Origin: Bacillota bacterium
GTDB taxonomy: Bacteria; Bacillota; Ch66; Ch109
Direction: 5' to 3'
DNA length: 64,000 bases
Assembly (NCBI GenBank): GCA_050952625.1
Contig: JBMNLH010000007.1
Coordinates: 85,165 to 149,164 of the forward strand
Below the pieces are notes generated by a model, which saw only the letters and a list, made by a program, of their open reading frames with translations, was not told the DNA's origin and did not search any database. Position 1 is the first letter of the stretch, and every line of letters begins with the position of its first letter. The translations under genes and the position numbers were made by a program. Positions 31,591 through 42,134 of the stretch are shown in pieces.

Positions 31591-31982
31591 TAACGGGCCT
31601 TTACATTATTCTTAATCCATTCTGTCAGTTCCTGTTTTGTTAATTCACCTGCTGCCAACTGCAACATTATCACGTATGTTTCCTTCTCTCCGGCTATTAG
31701 CTCCCATCCATTAAGCTGCAAGAATGTGTCTATTGCCACCAGGGCAATGCGTTTATTCCCATCAACAAAGGCGTGATTTTTACATAAATGAAAACCATAC
31801 GTGGCGGCCATTTCAAAAATATCCTGATGCAAGTATTCTCCGTTCATCGTCATTTGGACTTGTGATAAGGCAGATTCAAGCAGGCCCTCATCCCGCAGTC
31901 CACTACTGCCCCCATACTGGCGGATTAAACTTCGATGAAAAAAAAGAATGATCTCTTTGTTCAGAAACTTAATCTTACTCAT
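31590..31982 (-). CDS. Doc/Fic family type II toxin
   Basis: GLRDEGLLESAL, NHAFVDGNKR. Confidence 0.92.
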   Translation of the reverse strand: MSKIKFLNKEIILFFHRSLIRQYGGSSGLRDEGLLESALSQVQMTMNGEYLHQDIFEMAATYGFHLCKNHAFVDGNKRIALVAIDTFLQLNGWELIAGEKETYVIMLQLAAGELTKQELTEWIKNNVKAR

Positions 31983-32203
31983 TTGCCCAACTCGCTTAAA
32001 ACATTTTTATACTTGCTGTTAGTATTTCTAAATGCCTCAGCCCATTCGGCAAAATCAGGATCAAAGGCCTTTAAACGAATCCCTTCGGGCTCTTCAACAA
32101 TTTGTAGCAAATCATTCTCTTTCAGGTAAAGTCGATCAATGATCTCCTTCGGCAAAATAACACCCAGACTGTTGCCTATTTTTCTTATCTTTAACGTGGA
32201 CAT
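31979..32203 (-). CDS. AbrB/MazE-type antitoxin
   Basis: LKIRKIGNSLGVILPKE; ATGA overlap with the toxin; palindrome GTTATAACTTAATTATAAC at 32219-32237. Confidence 0.92.
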   Translation of the reverse strand: MSTLKIRKIGNSLGVILPKEIIDRLYLKENDLLQIVEEPEGIRLKAFDPDFAEWAEAFRNTNSKYKNVLSELGK

Positions 32204-32462
32204 TATCTACACCCCCCCGTTATAACTTAATTATAACTTTTCGCTTTTTATTCTTCAACTAGTATTCAATATCCCTACATTCATTGGCCTCACCCCGGGC
32301 AAACGAGCCAAAGACCCCGAGCTTAGAAACCAGGTAAACTTCACCTAATGCTGATATGGGTTTTCGGATACACTCAATTAGTTCATGCTGCTCCCTTATA
32401 TTTTTCTCCAACGTGCGTTCCGCCCCCGTTCAATACACTCAATAAACCCATCATGCCCTAAC

Positions 32463-32933
32463 CTATTCAACTCCGGCCGGGGAACTTAGGAAGCTGAAAG
32501 CGGCTACCCCTAGTGTACCGATTAAGGTTAAAATAATAGCCCACAGAATAATTCCCATAATACACCAAAACATAAGGCGTCGAGGGGATGCTCCCAGGGT
32601 TATTCCTATGGCGGCTCCCAGGGGTGCCCCGGTTATCAGCGGTGCCAGTAAACCTAACCCGACGACCCCATAACGTTCCCAGATCCGATAGATCCGAGAA
32701 TTTTTTTCCCGCTCTTTTCCGGGGCCGCGACGTTTGATTAACCACGTCCGAAGACGGTCCCCGAGCAACACAACGAGCAAGGTCCCCAAAATGGTCCCCA
32801 GAGCAGATACAACTCCGTTTAATAAAGGATGCAGCCCAAACGCTATCCCGGCCGGGATGGCTGCCCATAACTCAATTATTCCGATCCCAAATACGGTCGC
32901 TGTCTTAAGAAAAAGATCCACTTTAGCCCCCAA
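32463..32933 (-). CDS. Small multidrug export-type membrane protein
   Basis: IELWAAIPAG, YGVVGLGLLAPLITG; about 4 TMs. Confidence 0.8.
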   Translation of the reverse strand: MGAKVDLFLKTATVFGIGIIELWAAIPAGIAFGLHPLLNGVVSALGTILGTLLVVLLGDRLRTWLIKRRGPGKEREKNSRIYRIWERYGVVGLGLLAPLITGAPLGAAIGITLGASPRRLMFWCIMGIILWAIILTLIGTLGVAAFSFLSSPAGVE

Positions 32934-33045
32934 AGTATTCTACTCTCAAATCCAAGACTACTTTTCTCAACAACATTTGATCCTTAATATTATAATAAAT
33001 ATTCCCAAACTCTGTATAAACGCCCCACCGATTAATGCCCCTCTT

Positions 33046-33141
33046 AAAGAAAACTTGGCTTACGGCAAGCCTTTGGCGCAAGCGGAAGCCCTAGTTGCCC
33101 TTACTTATAATTCAGAAAGTCACTTATACTTTCTGATTATG
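33046..33141 (+). repeat. Dispersed repeat family B, copy 2
   Basis: AAGAAAACTTGGCTTACGGCAAGCCTTTGGCGCAAGCGGAAGCCCTAGTTGC...CACTTATACTTTCTGATTAT. Confidence 0.75.
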
Positions 33142-33171
33142 TAAAAAATCCTCTGAGGGGATACTTATGCC

Positions 33172-35352
33172 CTACAGTTTCAATTTAGCCAGTGCGTCCG
33201 CCAATGCGGTATTGATCGGCTCCTCCTTTTTAGTTTGCTGCTTTAAATACCGATCCACTTCTTTTTTGCTGATCTGTCCCTTTTCCGCTTCTCTTCGTTT
33301 ATTATAGGTGCTTAGTTTTTCTCGAAAGCCGCAGACACAGGCAAAGGTTTTGTTCTCGCCTTCCCCTCGCAGTTCCATCTTTTTATGGCATTCAGGACAG
33401 CGGGCGTTGGAATTAATCGAGATCCCTTTGCGATAACCGCATTCCCGATCCTGGCAGACCAGCATTTCCCCGCGCTTGCCCTTAACTTTTAAGAGGAATT
33501 TCTCGCACTCCGGGCACTTTGTTCTAGTCAGATTATCGTGCCGAAAGGTTTGACTGCTGCCCTGAACCGCGGCGACTAATTGCGTGACGTAACCCCGGAT
33601 GCCGCTGATAAACTTCTCGCTGTTGCTTCGGCCCTGACTGATTTCATTCAATTGTTGTTCCCACTTGGCGGTTAGCTCCGGGGATTTAAGCTCCGGCGGT
33701 ACCAGGTTGACTAACTGGATTCCTTTGGCGGTCGGAATAATCTCTTTGCCCTGGCGCTCCATATAGAAGGAATTAAATAGTTTTTCGATAATGTCAGCTC
33801 GCGTCGCCGGGGTGCCCAGACCGCTAGTATGATCCATCACTTCCCGCAGTTTCTGGTTTTCCAGGAGTTTACCCGGGTGTTCCATGGCTGAAAGCAACGT
33901 GGCTTCCGTATACCGGGCCGGTGGTCTGGTTTTACTGGCCACGGGCTTAACGGACAGGACTTTTAGCCGCTCTCCTTGGCGAATCGCCGGGAGGGTTTGT
34001 TCCGGTCCCTCATCGTCTGCCTCCTCCTCCCAACTGCCGATGCCCTCATAAACACTCCGCCAGCCTTTGTGTTTCACGATTTTTCCCTTGGCGAAAAAAA
34101 GTTCTCCTTTAATTGATACTTTGACCGTTGTTTGTTCGTATTCAAAAGCCGGCAAAAGGACCGCCAAAAACCTTTTCGCAATCAAATCATAAATTTTAAG
34201 TTCGTCGGAACTCAGCCGGGCTAAATTCACCGGCTGCTCCGTCGGGATAATGGCGTGGTGATCGGTCACTTTAGCATTATCCACCAACCGCTTGGTGGGG
34301 CTTATTTTACCCTTTAAAAGCAAACGGGCTGCTTCAGCATAAGGCCCAACCGCAATGTTTTTTAACCGTTCCGACAGGGTCGGCACGATGTCGGCACTAA
34401 GATATCGCGAATCAGTCCGGGGATAGGTAACCAATTTATGGTACTCGTAGAGCTGCTGCATGACTGAGGAGGTCTTTTTGGCAGAAAAGCCGTATTTCCG
34501 GTTAGCATCGCGCTGTAGTTCTGTTAAATCATACGCCAAAGGGGGTAATTCCCTTTTGGCTTCTTTTTTGATCTCAATAATTTCGCCAGTTTGTCCGGTA
34601 ACTTTGGCCACCAGTTCATCCACCCTATTTTTATCAAAAATAGGGGTCTGACCGCTGTTTTTATCCTGCCACCTTAAAGAAAAGCCGTTAGTCATTGCTT
34701 TTATGGTCCAGTAGTCTTTGGGCACAAACTTTTTAATTTCATTTTCCCGCTCCACCACCATGGCCAGCGTCGGAGTTTGGACCCGGCCAGCGGAAAGTTG
34801 AGCATTATATTTACAGGTTAAAGCTCTAGTGACGTTTAACCCGACTAGCCAATCAGCCTCCGCCCGGCATTCGGCCGCCAGATACAGATGCTCGTAATCC
34901 CGACCAGGTTTTAGGCGGCTAAATCCTTCCTTAATCGCCTTCTCGGTTTGCGAAGAAATCCACAAACGTTTAATCGGTTTGCGCCAGCCGGCTTTTTTAA
35001 TGATCCATCGGGCTACCAACTCGCCCTCCCGCCCGGCATCTGTGGCGATAATTATCTCATCAATATCGGGCTGCTTCATAAGATTCCGGATTACGCTAAA
35101 CTGTTTGGCAGTTTCTTTGATGACAACCAGATCCATTTTCGGGGGAAGCATGGGCAGATCTTCTATTTTCCAGGTTTTATATTTAGCATCATACGCCTCT
35201 GGGTCCGCTAACGTCACCAGGTGCCCCAAGGCCCAAACCACCACGTACTTGGCCCCCAGAAAACAACCGTTGCCTTTTTGATGGCAGTTCAGGATTTTGG
35301 CAATCTCCCGACCGACCGAAGGTTTTTCGGTTAGGACTAGACTTTTTCCCAT
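33172..35352 (-). CDS. topB: DNA topoisomerase III
   Basis: TEKPSV, ATDAGREGE, SAGRVQTP, TYPRTDS, DHHAIIPT, GLGTPATR; C-terminal Zn ribbons. Confidence 0.95.
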   Translation of the reverse strand: MGKSLVLTEKPSVGREIAKILNCHQKGNGCFLGAKYVVVWALGHLVTLADPEAYDAKYKTWKIEDLPMLPPKMDLVVIKETAKQFSVIRNLMKQPDIDEIIIATDAGREGELVARWIIKKAGWRKPIKRLWISSQTEKAIKEGFSRLKPGRDYEHLYLAAECRAEADWLVGLNVTRALTCKYNAQLSAGRVQTPTLAMVVERENEIKKFVPKDYWTIKAMTNGFSLRWQDKNSGQTPIFDKNRVDELVAKVTGQTGEIIEIKKEAKRELPPLAYDLTELQRDANRKYGFSAKKTSSVMQQLYEYHKLVTYPRTDSRYLSADIVPTLSERLKNIAVGPYAEAARLLLKGKISPTKRLVDNAKVTDHHAIIPTEQPVNLARLSSDELKIYDLIAKRFLAVLLPAFEYEQTTVKVSIKGELFFAKGKIVKHKGWRSVYEGIGSWEEEADDEGPEQTLPAIRQGERLKVLSVKPVASKTRPPARYTEATLLSAMEHPGKLLENQKLREVMDHTSGLGTPATRADIIEKLFNSFYMERQGKEIIPTAKGIQLVNLVPPELKSPELTAKWEQQLNEISQGRSNSEKFISGIRGYVTQLVAAVQGSSQTFRHDNLTRTKCPECEKFLLKVKGKRGEMLVCQDRECGYRKGISINSNARCPECHKKMELRGEGENKTFACVCGFREKLSTYNKRREAEKGQISKKEVDRYLKQQTKKEEPINTALADALAKLKL

Positions 35353-35601
35353 TTAGCTAACACTCCGTTTAAAATAATCCTATTTCATTTATAAGTCCTT
35401 GGTATTATATCACATAAAGGCTTTTAACACTTGACTTTGGTAACAGTTGTAACTGCCCACAACAGCCATTGGTTCCACCTGAAAAACCTCTATAAGTTAA
35501 ACAGCAACAACTTTCATCCGGCTTATAGCCTCAATTTATTAAATTTATTGTATTAGATAAATAGATTTAAAAGTTTTTGAGAAATTTTTTGCGTATTTTT
35601 C

Positions 35602-35630
35602 TTGCATCTTTTTAGATTAGCGGTTATACT
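35602..35630 (+). promoter_or_regulatory. Sigma-A promoter
   Basis: TTGCAT-N17-TATACT. Confidence 0.55.
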
Positions 35631-35741
35631 AAAACAACCATTAATGCTTATGGGCTTTTACAATAACCTTCTCTATTGCCGAACGCTGGGGAAGCTTATG
35701 AATTCCCTTTGCAATGGCAATAAATTTATGGAGGTTTTTTT

Positions 35742-36044
35742 ATGTTTAATGACAAGGTATTAAGTTGTAGGGATTGTGGTAACGAGTTTGTTTTTTCTGC
35801 TTCCGAACAGGAATTTTACGCAGAAAAAGGCTTTGCCAATGAGCCAGGCCGGTGTCCGGAGTGCCGGGCTGCCAGAAAAGCACAAGCTAGAGGCAACAAC
35901 GGATACGGAAGAGCACCCCGAGAAATGTTCCCAGCCGTTTGTGCTGCTTGCGGCAAAGATACAACCGTTCCCTTCCAACCAAGTGGTGAAAAACCAGTTT
36001 ACTGCAGAGACTGCTATCAACCCCGGAGCCGAAATAACTGGTAA
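35742..36044 (+). CDS. Double zinc-ribbon (CxxC-x17-CxxC) protein
   Basis: CRDCG.EFVF...EQEFY..KGF.NEP.RCPECR; REMFPAVCAACG..TTVPF.P....PVYCRDCY. Confidence 0.9.
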   Translation: MFNDKVLSCRDCGNEFVFSASEQEFYAEKGFANEPGRCPECRAARKAQARGNNGYGRAPREMFPAVCAACGKDTTVPFQPSGEKPVYCRDCYQPRSRNNW

Positions 36045-36073
36045 GACTTAACTAAAAATTAGTATACTAAGTC

Positions 36074-36117
36074 AAAAAACCTTCCCAAACTCACGAGAGA
36101 GCTGGGAAGGTTTTTTA
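36074..36117 (+). terminator. Intrinsic terminator
   Basis: AAAAACCTTCCCA...TGGGAAGGTTTTTT. Confidence 0.75.
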
Positions 36118-36330
36118 AACTTGTTAACACGTATATTGTTGTTTGGGTTATTTTCATTGGTGGTTGTGCCTAGCGGGCATGGGCGGTTAACAAGAATATC
36201 CAGCCAACAATAAAAGCAAGTAGGTGAACTCTACCGATAGACCGTCACGGCAGCCGCTAGAAATGACTAATTAATAACGCTCGTATCCGGGATTAATTGA
36301 ATATGGCCAAAATCACGGCCTGACCCATGT

Positions 36331-38559
36331 TTATAGAAACCGACTTTTTTCTCCCGTATAATACAAAGCCAGCCGATGAAGGGCTCGGGTACAGGCAACA
36401 TAAAGCAGTTTTCGGTCATACTCACTGGAATAATTGTCGCGGTCAGCCCCATAGACCAGCACTACATCAAACTCCAACCCCTTGGCTAGGTAAACTGGGA
36501 TAACCACCGCCCCCTTGGGCAGTTCTCCATCACCGGGGTTAATCAGTGGTTGATTCGTTAATTTCTTCAACCGGGCCCGTACTTTATGAGCCTCCTGCCG
36601 AGTTTTGCAGATAACCGCGACGGTTTTATATCCTTGTTCGAGGCAGGCCTCTAGATCACGGGCAATCGACTGATCGACCCGTTCCTCGTTCTCTTGAAAC
36701 ACAACGATCGGTTCGGCATCATGTCTTTCAAAAGGAATGCCGTCCTGCTTTTTCCCCAGTAAATTCTGAGCAAACCGGCTTATTTCATAAGAAGATCGGT
36801 AGCTTTTATTCAAATGAAGGGTTATTGCTTTCTTTTTCCCGAGTGTATCGGCGATTTTTTTATACAGCGATTGATCCGCGTCTTGGACAATGCCTTGCTG
36901 GATATCTCCCAGCACCGTATATCGGGCCACTTTAAACAAGCGTTTAAAGACCTCATATTGTAAAGGATAATAGTCCTGGGCCTCATCAATAATCACCTGC
37001 CGAATCTGCGGAAAAAAATCACCGCCTTCAATTCGCAGTCTAAGATAGAGCAACGGCGCAATGTCTTCATAGCAGATCCATCCCTGGTCTAACCTTTCCC
37101 GGGTGGTGGAGATTATCGGCAAGATTTCTGCCGGCAGTTCCAGTCCCCGGGCCAGCTTTAGAAAAAGCTGTGGCTCGTTAAAAAGCACCTGGTACACTTG
37201 TTCATAATCAACTTCGGTAAACCGGCGAAGCCGTTCCATAAAGACCTTGGTTTCTTTGATCGACAGCAGCCGGCTGAAGGACTTGATTTCCAGGTCATGG
37301 CCCTCAGATTTTTGAACGATCTCCTCAATTTTTTTAAGCCGCAGCTTGCGGAGGGAATGAACTTTTTCCAAGATCCGCTGCTTGATTTTTTCCAGCCGCC
37401 TGGCCATTGGTTGCTCAAACTTTTTATGGAGAAACTGGTTCTTTAACTGCTGCCGGGTCTCAATAATTTCTCCGTTGTAATACACGTCAGCAAAAGGAAT
37501 TAGGTGGCGCGCATAATACTCCAGCAACCGATCCAGTATTACTTGAAAAACCGCGGACCCCTTAAACTCAATGCTCTTTCTCCTCAATTTCCCTTCTGTT
37601 GTGCCTTGGGAGGCAATCAGGGACTCCAGCTGGGCATTTCGGGTTTCTAGCTTTAACCGGCCGGCCAGTACCTGGCGGGCAAGCTCGTCAAAGGTTATTT
37701 GCCCGACGTTTTTCTCCCCCAGTTCCGGCAGCACACTGGAGATATACTGGCTAAATATGGTATTTGGCGAGATAATCAAAAAATTCTCCGGCCTAATGTT
37801 TGATTTCAGACCGTCGTAGAGCAAGAAAGCAATCCGGTGCAGGGCAATGGAGGTCTTACCGCTGCCGGCCACCCCTTGAACCATTAATAGTTCGTTAGTC
37901 GTATCCCGGATAATGATGTCCTGTTCCTTTTGAATGGTTTCCACGATATTCCTCATTTTCGCGGAAGAGTTACGGCTTAAGACCTCCTGCAGGATTTCAT
38001 CATTAATCTGGATGCTGCAGTCAAAAAAATACTCTAGCTGCGAGTTCTGAATCTTATACTGCCGCTTTAATAAGACTTCCCCGGAAATAAGGCCGATTGG
38101 TGCCTCATAGGTCGCCGGCCCCAATTCATGGCGGTAGAAGATGCTGCAAATAGGAGCTCGCCAATCAAAAACATAAATATCGTTGGTTGCCGGATCCATC
38201 ACATTACCTAGACCAACGTAAATCTTCTCCCGCTCCTCGAAACCATCCTCCACAAAATCAAACCGGCCGAAATAAGGAGAACCGATCATTTTTTTTAATT
38301 TCTCGATTCGGTTTAATGAGTTGATATAAGTGGCAGTCTGCCGGTTGACTTCAGCCAGGTATTGATTCAACTCGGTTAATCTGGCAAAATCATTAGAAAA
38401 GTGAACTGTGTTTTCCCACATGTCTTTTCTTGAGGCGATTAGGTTATTTCTACTGCTTTGCAGAGAGCCGGTTCCCTTTTCTATTTCATCCTGGATACAT
38501 GCCAGGGTTTGCTCAAGATACTTTGTTTCCTCACGAAAATCTCGTTGATAATCGTCCAA
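36331..38559 (-). CDS. helD: HelD-family RNA polymerase recycling ATPase
   Basis: SPYFGRFDF, DWRAPI, MRNIVETIQKEQ, QGVAGSGKTSIALHR, IDEAQD, SYRS, AKGLEFD, YVACTRA. Confidence 0.92.
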   Translation of the reverse strand: MDDYQRDFREETKYLEQTLACIQDEIEKGTGSLQSSRNNLIASRKDMWENTVHFSNDFARLTELNQYLAEVNRQTATYINSLNRIEKLKKMIGSPYFGRFDFVEDGFEEREKIYVGLGNVMDPATNDIYVFDWRAPICSIFYRHELGPATYEAPIGLISGEVLLKRQYKIQNSQLEYFFDCSIQINDEILQEVLSRNSSAKMRNIVETIQKEQDIIIRDTTNELLMVQGVAGSGKTSIALHRIAFLLYDGLKSNIRPENFLIISPNTIFSQYISSVLPELGEKNVGQITFDELARQVLAGRLKLETRNAQLESLIASQGTTEGKLRRKSIEFKGSAVFQVILDRLLEYYARHLIPFADVYYNGEIIETRQQLKNQFLHKKFEQPMARRLEKIKQRILEKVHSLRKLRLKKIEEIVQKSEGHDLEIKSFSRLLSIKETKVFMERLRRFTEVDYEQVYQVLFNEPQLFLKLARGLELPAEILPIISTTRERLDQGWICYEDIAPLLYLRLRIEGGDFFPQIRQVIIDEAQDYYPLQYEVFKRLFKVARYTVLGDIQQGIVQDADQSLYKKIADTLGKKKAITLHLNKSYRSSYEISRFAQNLLGKKQDGIPFERHDAEPIVVFQENEERVDQSIARDLEACLEQGYKTVAVICKTRQEAHKVRARLKKLTNQPLINPGDGELPKGAVVIPVYLAKGLEFDVVLVYGADRDNYSSEYDRKLLYVACTRALHRLALYYTGEKSRFL

Positions 38560-38597
38560 CTTAACCTATCACCCTCCCAATTATCTTCAATAACCCG

Positions 38598-38702
38598 TTG
38601 ACATGGCAATCTGCTTTGTGCTAAAATTTTTGGTGAAAAGATTAGTAAATTGGGTTACTGTGTGCATTTATCAATTATACTAAAAAGGGGTATTCAAGTA
38701 AA
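38598..38702. promoter_or_regulatory. Convergent sigma-A promoter pair in the helD leader
   Basis: Plus strand TTGACA(38598)-N18-TAAAAT with extended TG; minus strand TTTACT(38702)-N17-TATAAT(38679-38674). Confidence 0.6.
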
Positions 38703-38716
38703 GCTTGGATACCCCT

Positions 38717-38830
38717 TTACAAAATTTGTTTAGCTCTACTGGCAAGCTCGGATAAAGAGAAAGGCGTTTTAGCGTGACAAGTTGCACTAAAACGCCTTTC
38801 CAGAGTTTTGTATATTTGGATTAATTACTA
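38717..38830 (-). repeat. Conserved cassette end with terminator (copy 3); left border of the accessory region
   Basis: TTACAAAATTTGTTTAGCTCTACTGGCAAGCTCGGATAAAGAGAAAGGCGTTTTAG...CTAAAACGCCTTTC, repeated near 44496, 53336 and partly at 57041. Confidence 0.9.
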
Positions 38831-39342
38831 TTAATGTCCGGTTACATATATTTTCCATTCTCCGTTATGATGAAGGTACTTTAATTGATCTTCAGTATTA
38901 TTCCTGAGTTCTATATCTACTTCTGCCACCCAAATCGTTCCTTTTTCCGATATTTTATCTTCTATTTGTTTCTGTGCCTTTAAAATTTCTTTGAAGTCCT
39001 CTTCCCTAAATACTTCATGATTAATACGCTCCGGATGGTTCTGTGCTTCTATAACCTCGGCGGGAACTTCTTCAATGGGAATTTCTTTAAAAGGCATACT
39101 TTCATCTTCGAAAATTGGTCTTTCCCTCAATTGGTCGACCGGTATCTCTTTGACAGAAATAACCTTAGCAGAAATAATGGATGGCCCGACGTTATCACGA
39201 AGTAATTCATAAAGTTTCCTCTGGTCTTCTATAGATCCTCGGACATCCAAACAATATTTCATCATGCTATCAATATCTCCGCGCTGGTCAGCTTCAACGA
39301 AATTATTGATAACAGACTCTGCCTCTGCTAAGGTTAAAATTG
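38831..39342 (-). pseudogene. Partner protein C (NTF2-like), 5'-truncated copy
   Basis: Near-identical to 44609-45352 from LTLAEAESVINNF onward; signal peptide region replaced by an IS remnant. Confidence 0.85.
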
Positions 39343-39510
39343 GATCAAGTCCGTATAATGGTGTAGAAATAAAATGAGCCATAAATTCATTTCCTCGGTT
39401 AAGATATAAGTGCCTATCAAATACCAAACCGAGGGAGGAATGAATCCATGACTCAGTTTAATATTACCCTAACCGAAGAACATTTACACGGACTTTTTGT
39501 TTCAAATGGA
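39343..39510 (+). mobile_element. IS256-family left-end remnant
   Basis: GGATCAAGTCCGTATAATGGTGTA end; RBS plus MTQFNITLTEEHLHGLF start. Confidence 0.6.
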
Positions 39511-39737
39511 GGCTTGGAATATGAAGAGAAAAATAAATATAACTTGATTGGACACCAATTGTTGTACTTCTTCCTCCAGGCAAATCTGCTTATGGTGGCT
39601 GGAATGCATATGATTTTTGGCTGACAATTAGTCTACCACGCACAGGGGATTACACGACTTTAGTAAGTTGCAGTGATATATATTGGCCATTGTCTTCAAC
39701 TAGACAACTATATTTTTAATTGTGAGGTGTTAAAGTT

Positions 39738-40436
39738 ATGAAAAGCAAAAAAATAATCATGCTTACCAGTGCTTTCTTGTTTTTCATTGGACTAACAATA
39801 TTTGTTCAATCCTCATATGCTAATACTCTAAGCCAAAAAATAGAACAAATAAAGAGAAATGAAATTCATCAAAGATTGGGGGAGGCGTTAAAAGATAACG
39901 TCACCGTTAGTAATTCAGAAAATATAGTAGCTATAGTAAATGGAGAAAATATTTCAGTAAATGAATGGAACTATTATAAAATTTGGGACACTGAGAAAGT
40001 AAAAAATTTTGGAGAAGTAGTTCCTTCCGACCAACAAATTTTAGATAGCCTTGTTAAAAATAAAGTGATTGTGAGTGCTGCTAAACAACAAGGTTTGTAT
40101 CCTAATGAAGAAGAAATTAATTCATATATAAGCGAGCAACGTCAAATTATGGCTAAGGAACGACCTCAGGATGTTTATAACCTTATTAAGGGATGGGGCA
40201 TTAGTGAAGAAGAATATTTTTCTATAATGAAAGATATTTGGGGTGACTCAATTGCGAGGTTAAATTGGTATGATGCACTGCGTAAGAACTCGCCTCAAAA
40301 AGGGAATGAAACTACGGAGGATTATATGATAAGATTGAAAAAGATTTACAATGATGAAGTAGCTAGCTTAGTGGAGAAGCCAAATATAGAAATTACAAAT
40401 CAAGGGATGCTATTGGGACTTAGTTACAGTAAATAA
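39738..40436 (+). CDS. Secreted protein with SurA N-terminal-like chaperone domain
   Basis: Signal peptide; IVAIVNGENIS...ILDSLVKNKVIVSAAKQQGL..NEEEI. Confidence 0.7.
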   Translation: MKSKKIIMLTSAFLFFIGLTIFVQSSYANTLSQKIEQIKRNEIHQRLGEALKDNVTVSNSENIVAIVNGENISVNEWNYYKIWDTEKVKNFGEVVPSDQQILDSLVKNKVIVSAAKQQGLYPNEEEINSYISEQRQIMAKERPQDVYNLIKGWGISEEEYFSIMKDIWGDSIARLNWYDALRKNSPQKGNETTEDYMIRLKKIYNDEVASLVEKPNIEITNQGMLLGLSYSK

Positions 40437-40750
40437 AAATAGAGCAGAGGGCGGGTGTATTTGTCAACCGAAATGTTGACCACCTTGGCGAAAAAAATAT
40501 ATGATAGTTTACCTGTAACTAATAAAAAAACATTGAATTTTGGAGGGTTTATGAATTAGCATAATTTTCAATCTATATTGGCAGATAATCAGCATATATG
40601 AGTAATATTTTGAGATAGTCCCATTAGTGTACTTAAATAGGACCATTATGTGCATCAAATAAATCCACTTTGGTCATGATGAGATCCACTTTCTGTATAA
40701 TGATGAAATACACTACAAATGGTGTAAATCTTTATCAGGGGGTCGATCAA

Positions 40751-41775
40751 ATGATCAAGTATCGAGAAATTCTTCGGCTTCACAGCCAAGGTGTAAGCCA
40801 GCGCGGTATTGCCGCCGGTTGCCAGTGCTCACGAACCTCTATCCGCAATGTGCTTGAGCGAGCAGAAAGACAGGGTGTTTCTTGGCCTTTCAAAAAAGAC
40901 CTGACAGATGCAAACCTTCAGGAATTGCTTTTTCCCGAAAAGAGCAGTCAGTCCAATCGAAAGCCGCCGGATTGCGAATACATCCACCGAAAAATGGCCA
41001 AAAGTGGTGTTACCCTAAGTCTGTTATGGCATGAGTACTGTGAGCAGTGCCGGTTAAGCGGTGAGATTCTACTTATGTACAGCCAGTTTTGCCGGTATTA
41101 CCGCAAGTATGCCAACACCACCAAAGCCACCATGCGCATCAAACGTAAACCAGGTGAAATGCTTGAGGTGGACTGGGCTGGAAAGACTGCATTCATCACC
41201 GATAATCTAACAGGCGAACCCATCCCAGCATACATCTTTGTATCCGCTTTGTCCTGCAGTCAGTATGCTTATGTTGAAGCTTTTTTGTCCATGAACATGG
41301 AAAGCTGGATCAATGCTCATATCAATGCTTTCAACTACTTTGGCGGTGCTACCAGAATTTTGGTGCCGGACAACCTAAAGACCGGTGTAGACAAAGCCTC
41401 TCGTCAGGATCCTCAGATCAATAAAACCTACCACGAGATGGCGGAGCATTACGGTACAGCGGTGATTCCAGCCCGGGTGAGACACCCCAAGGACAAACCC
41501 ACTGCAGAAGGCACCGTGGGAATCATCTCCACCTGGCTTATTGCCTCCCTGCGGCACCAACAGTTCTTTTCCCTTCGAGAACTTAACAGTGCCATTCGGC
41601 TGAAGCTGGAAGAATTCAATCAGAAACCTTTTCAAAAGAAACCGGGAAGCAGGAAAAGTGCCTTTCTTGAAGAGGAAAAAGCCTTGCTACTGCCATTACC
41701 GGCCTCCCCATACGAACTTGCCACTTGGTCAACGGCATCCGTACAGTATGATTATTGCATAATTGCAGATAAAAA
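40751..41775 (+). mobile_element. IS21-family IstA transposase, 3'-truncated
   Basis: MIKYREILRL..QGVSQR.IA HTH, PGEMLEVDWAG, VPDNLKTGV, PKDKPTAEG. Confidence 0.88.
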
Positions 41776-41996
41776 TCTTGAGTATCACACCGACCGGAAG
41801 TTAGATAAGATACCGATGATAGTTGATCCCCTTTGCTTCGCACCAAGCCTTTGCGGTCATTCCACTGGCCCGGCATTCAACCACTAGTGCCTGCTGTTCA
41901 TTTTTGTCCATCTAAAACCTCCATACCTTAGTTTTATGGAGATATTTTCTCATGGACAGGGCGTGTTGACCATGCACCCGAATACTGAGCACTTAC
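41776..41996 (-). mobile_element. IS66-family left-end remnant with tnpA fragment
   Basis: End GTAAGTGCTCAG at 41996; ATG at 41911 gives MDKNEQQALVVECRASGMTAKAWCEAKGINY. Confidence 0.7.
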
Positions 41997-42134
41997 CCTT
42001 GTTCTTTATGCCATACTCGCTTCTTTTTTTGCTAGCTGAAAGGGCAAAGACTCTCTGCCTCTGCCCTTAATCCTGTTTCTTATTCAGTCTTAACTATTTA
42101 CATAAAATCTAAAAGTCTCGCAACTGATAATTAT

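Noticed and set aside
7043-37819. Numerous 60-200-aa antisense or alternate-frame ORFs within core genes
   Set aside because: Shadow ORFs of well-supported genes
38831-39427. 198-aa ORF as an intact gene
   Set aside because: The first ~28 codons come from the antisense strand of an IS256 remnant; no signal peptide
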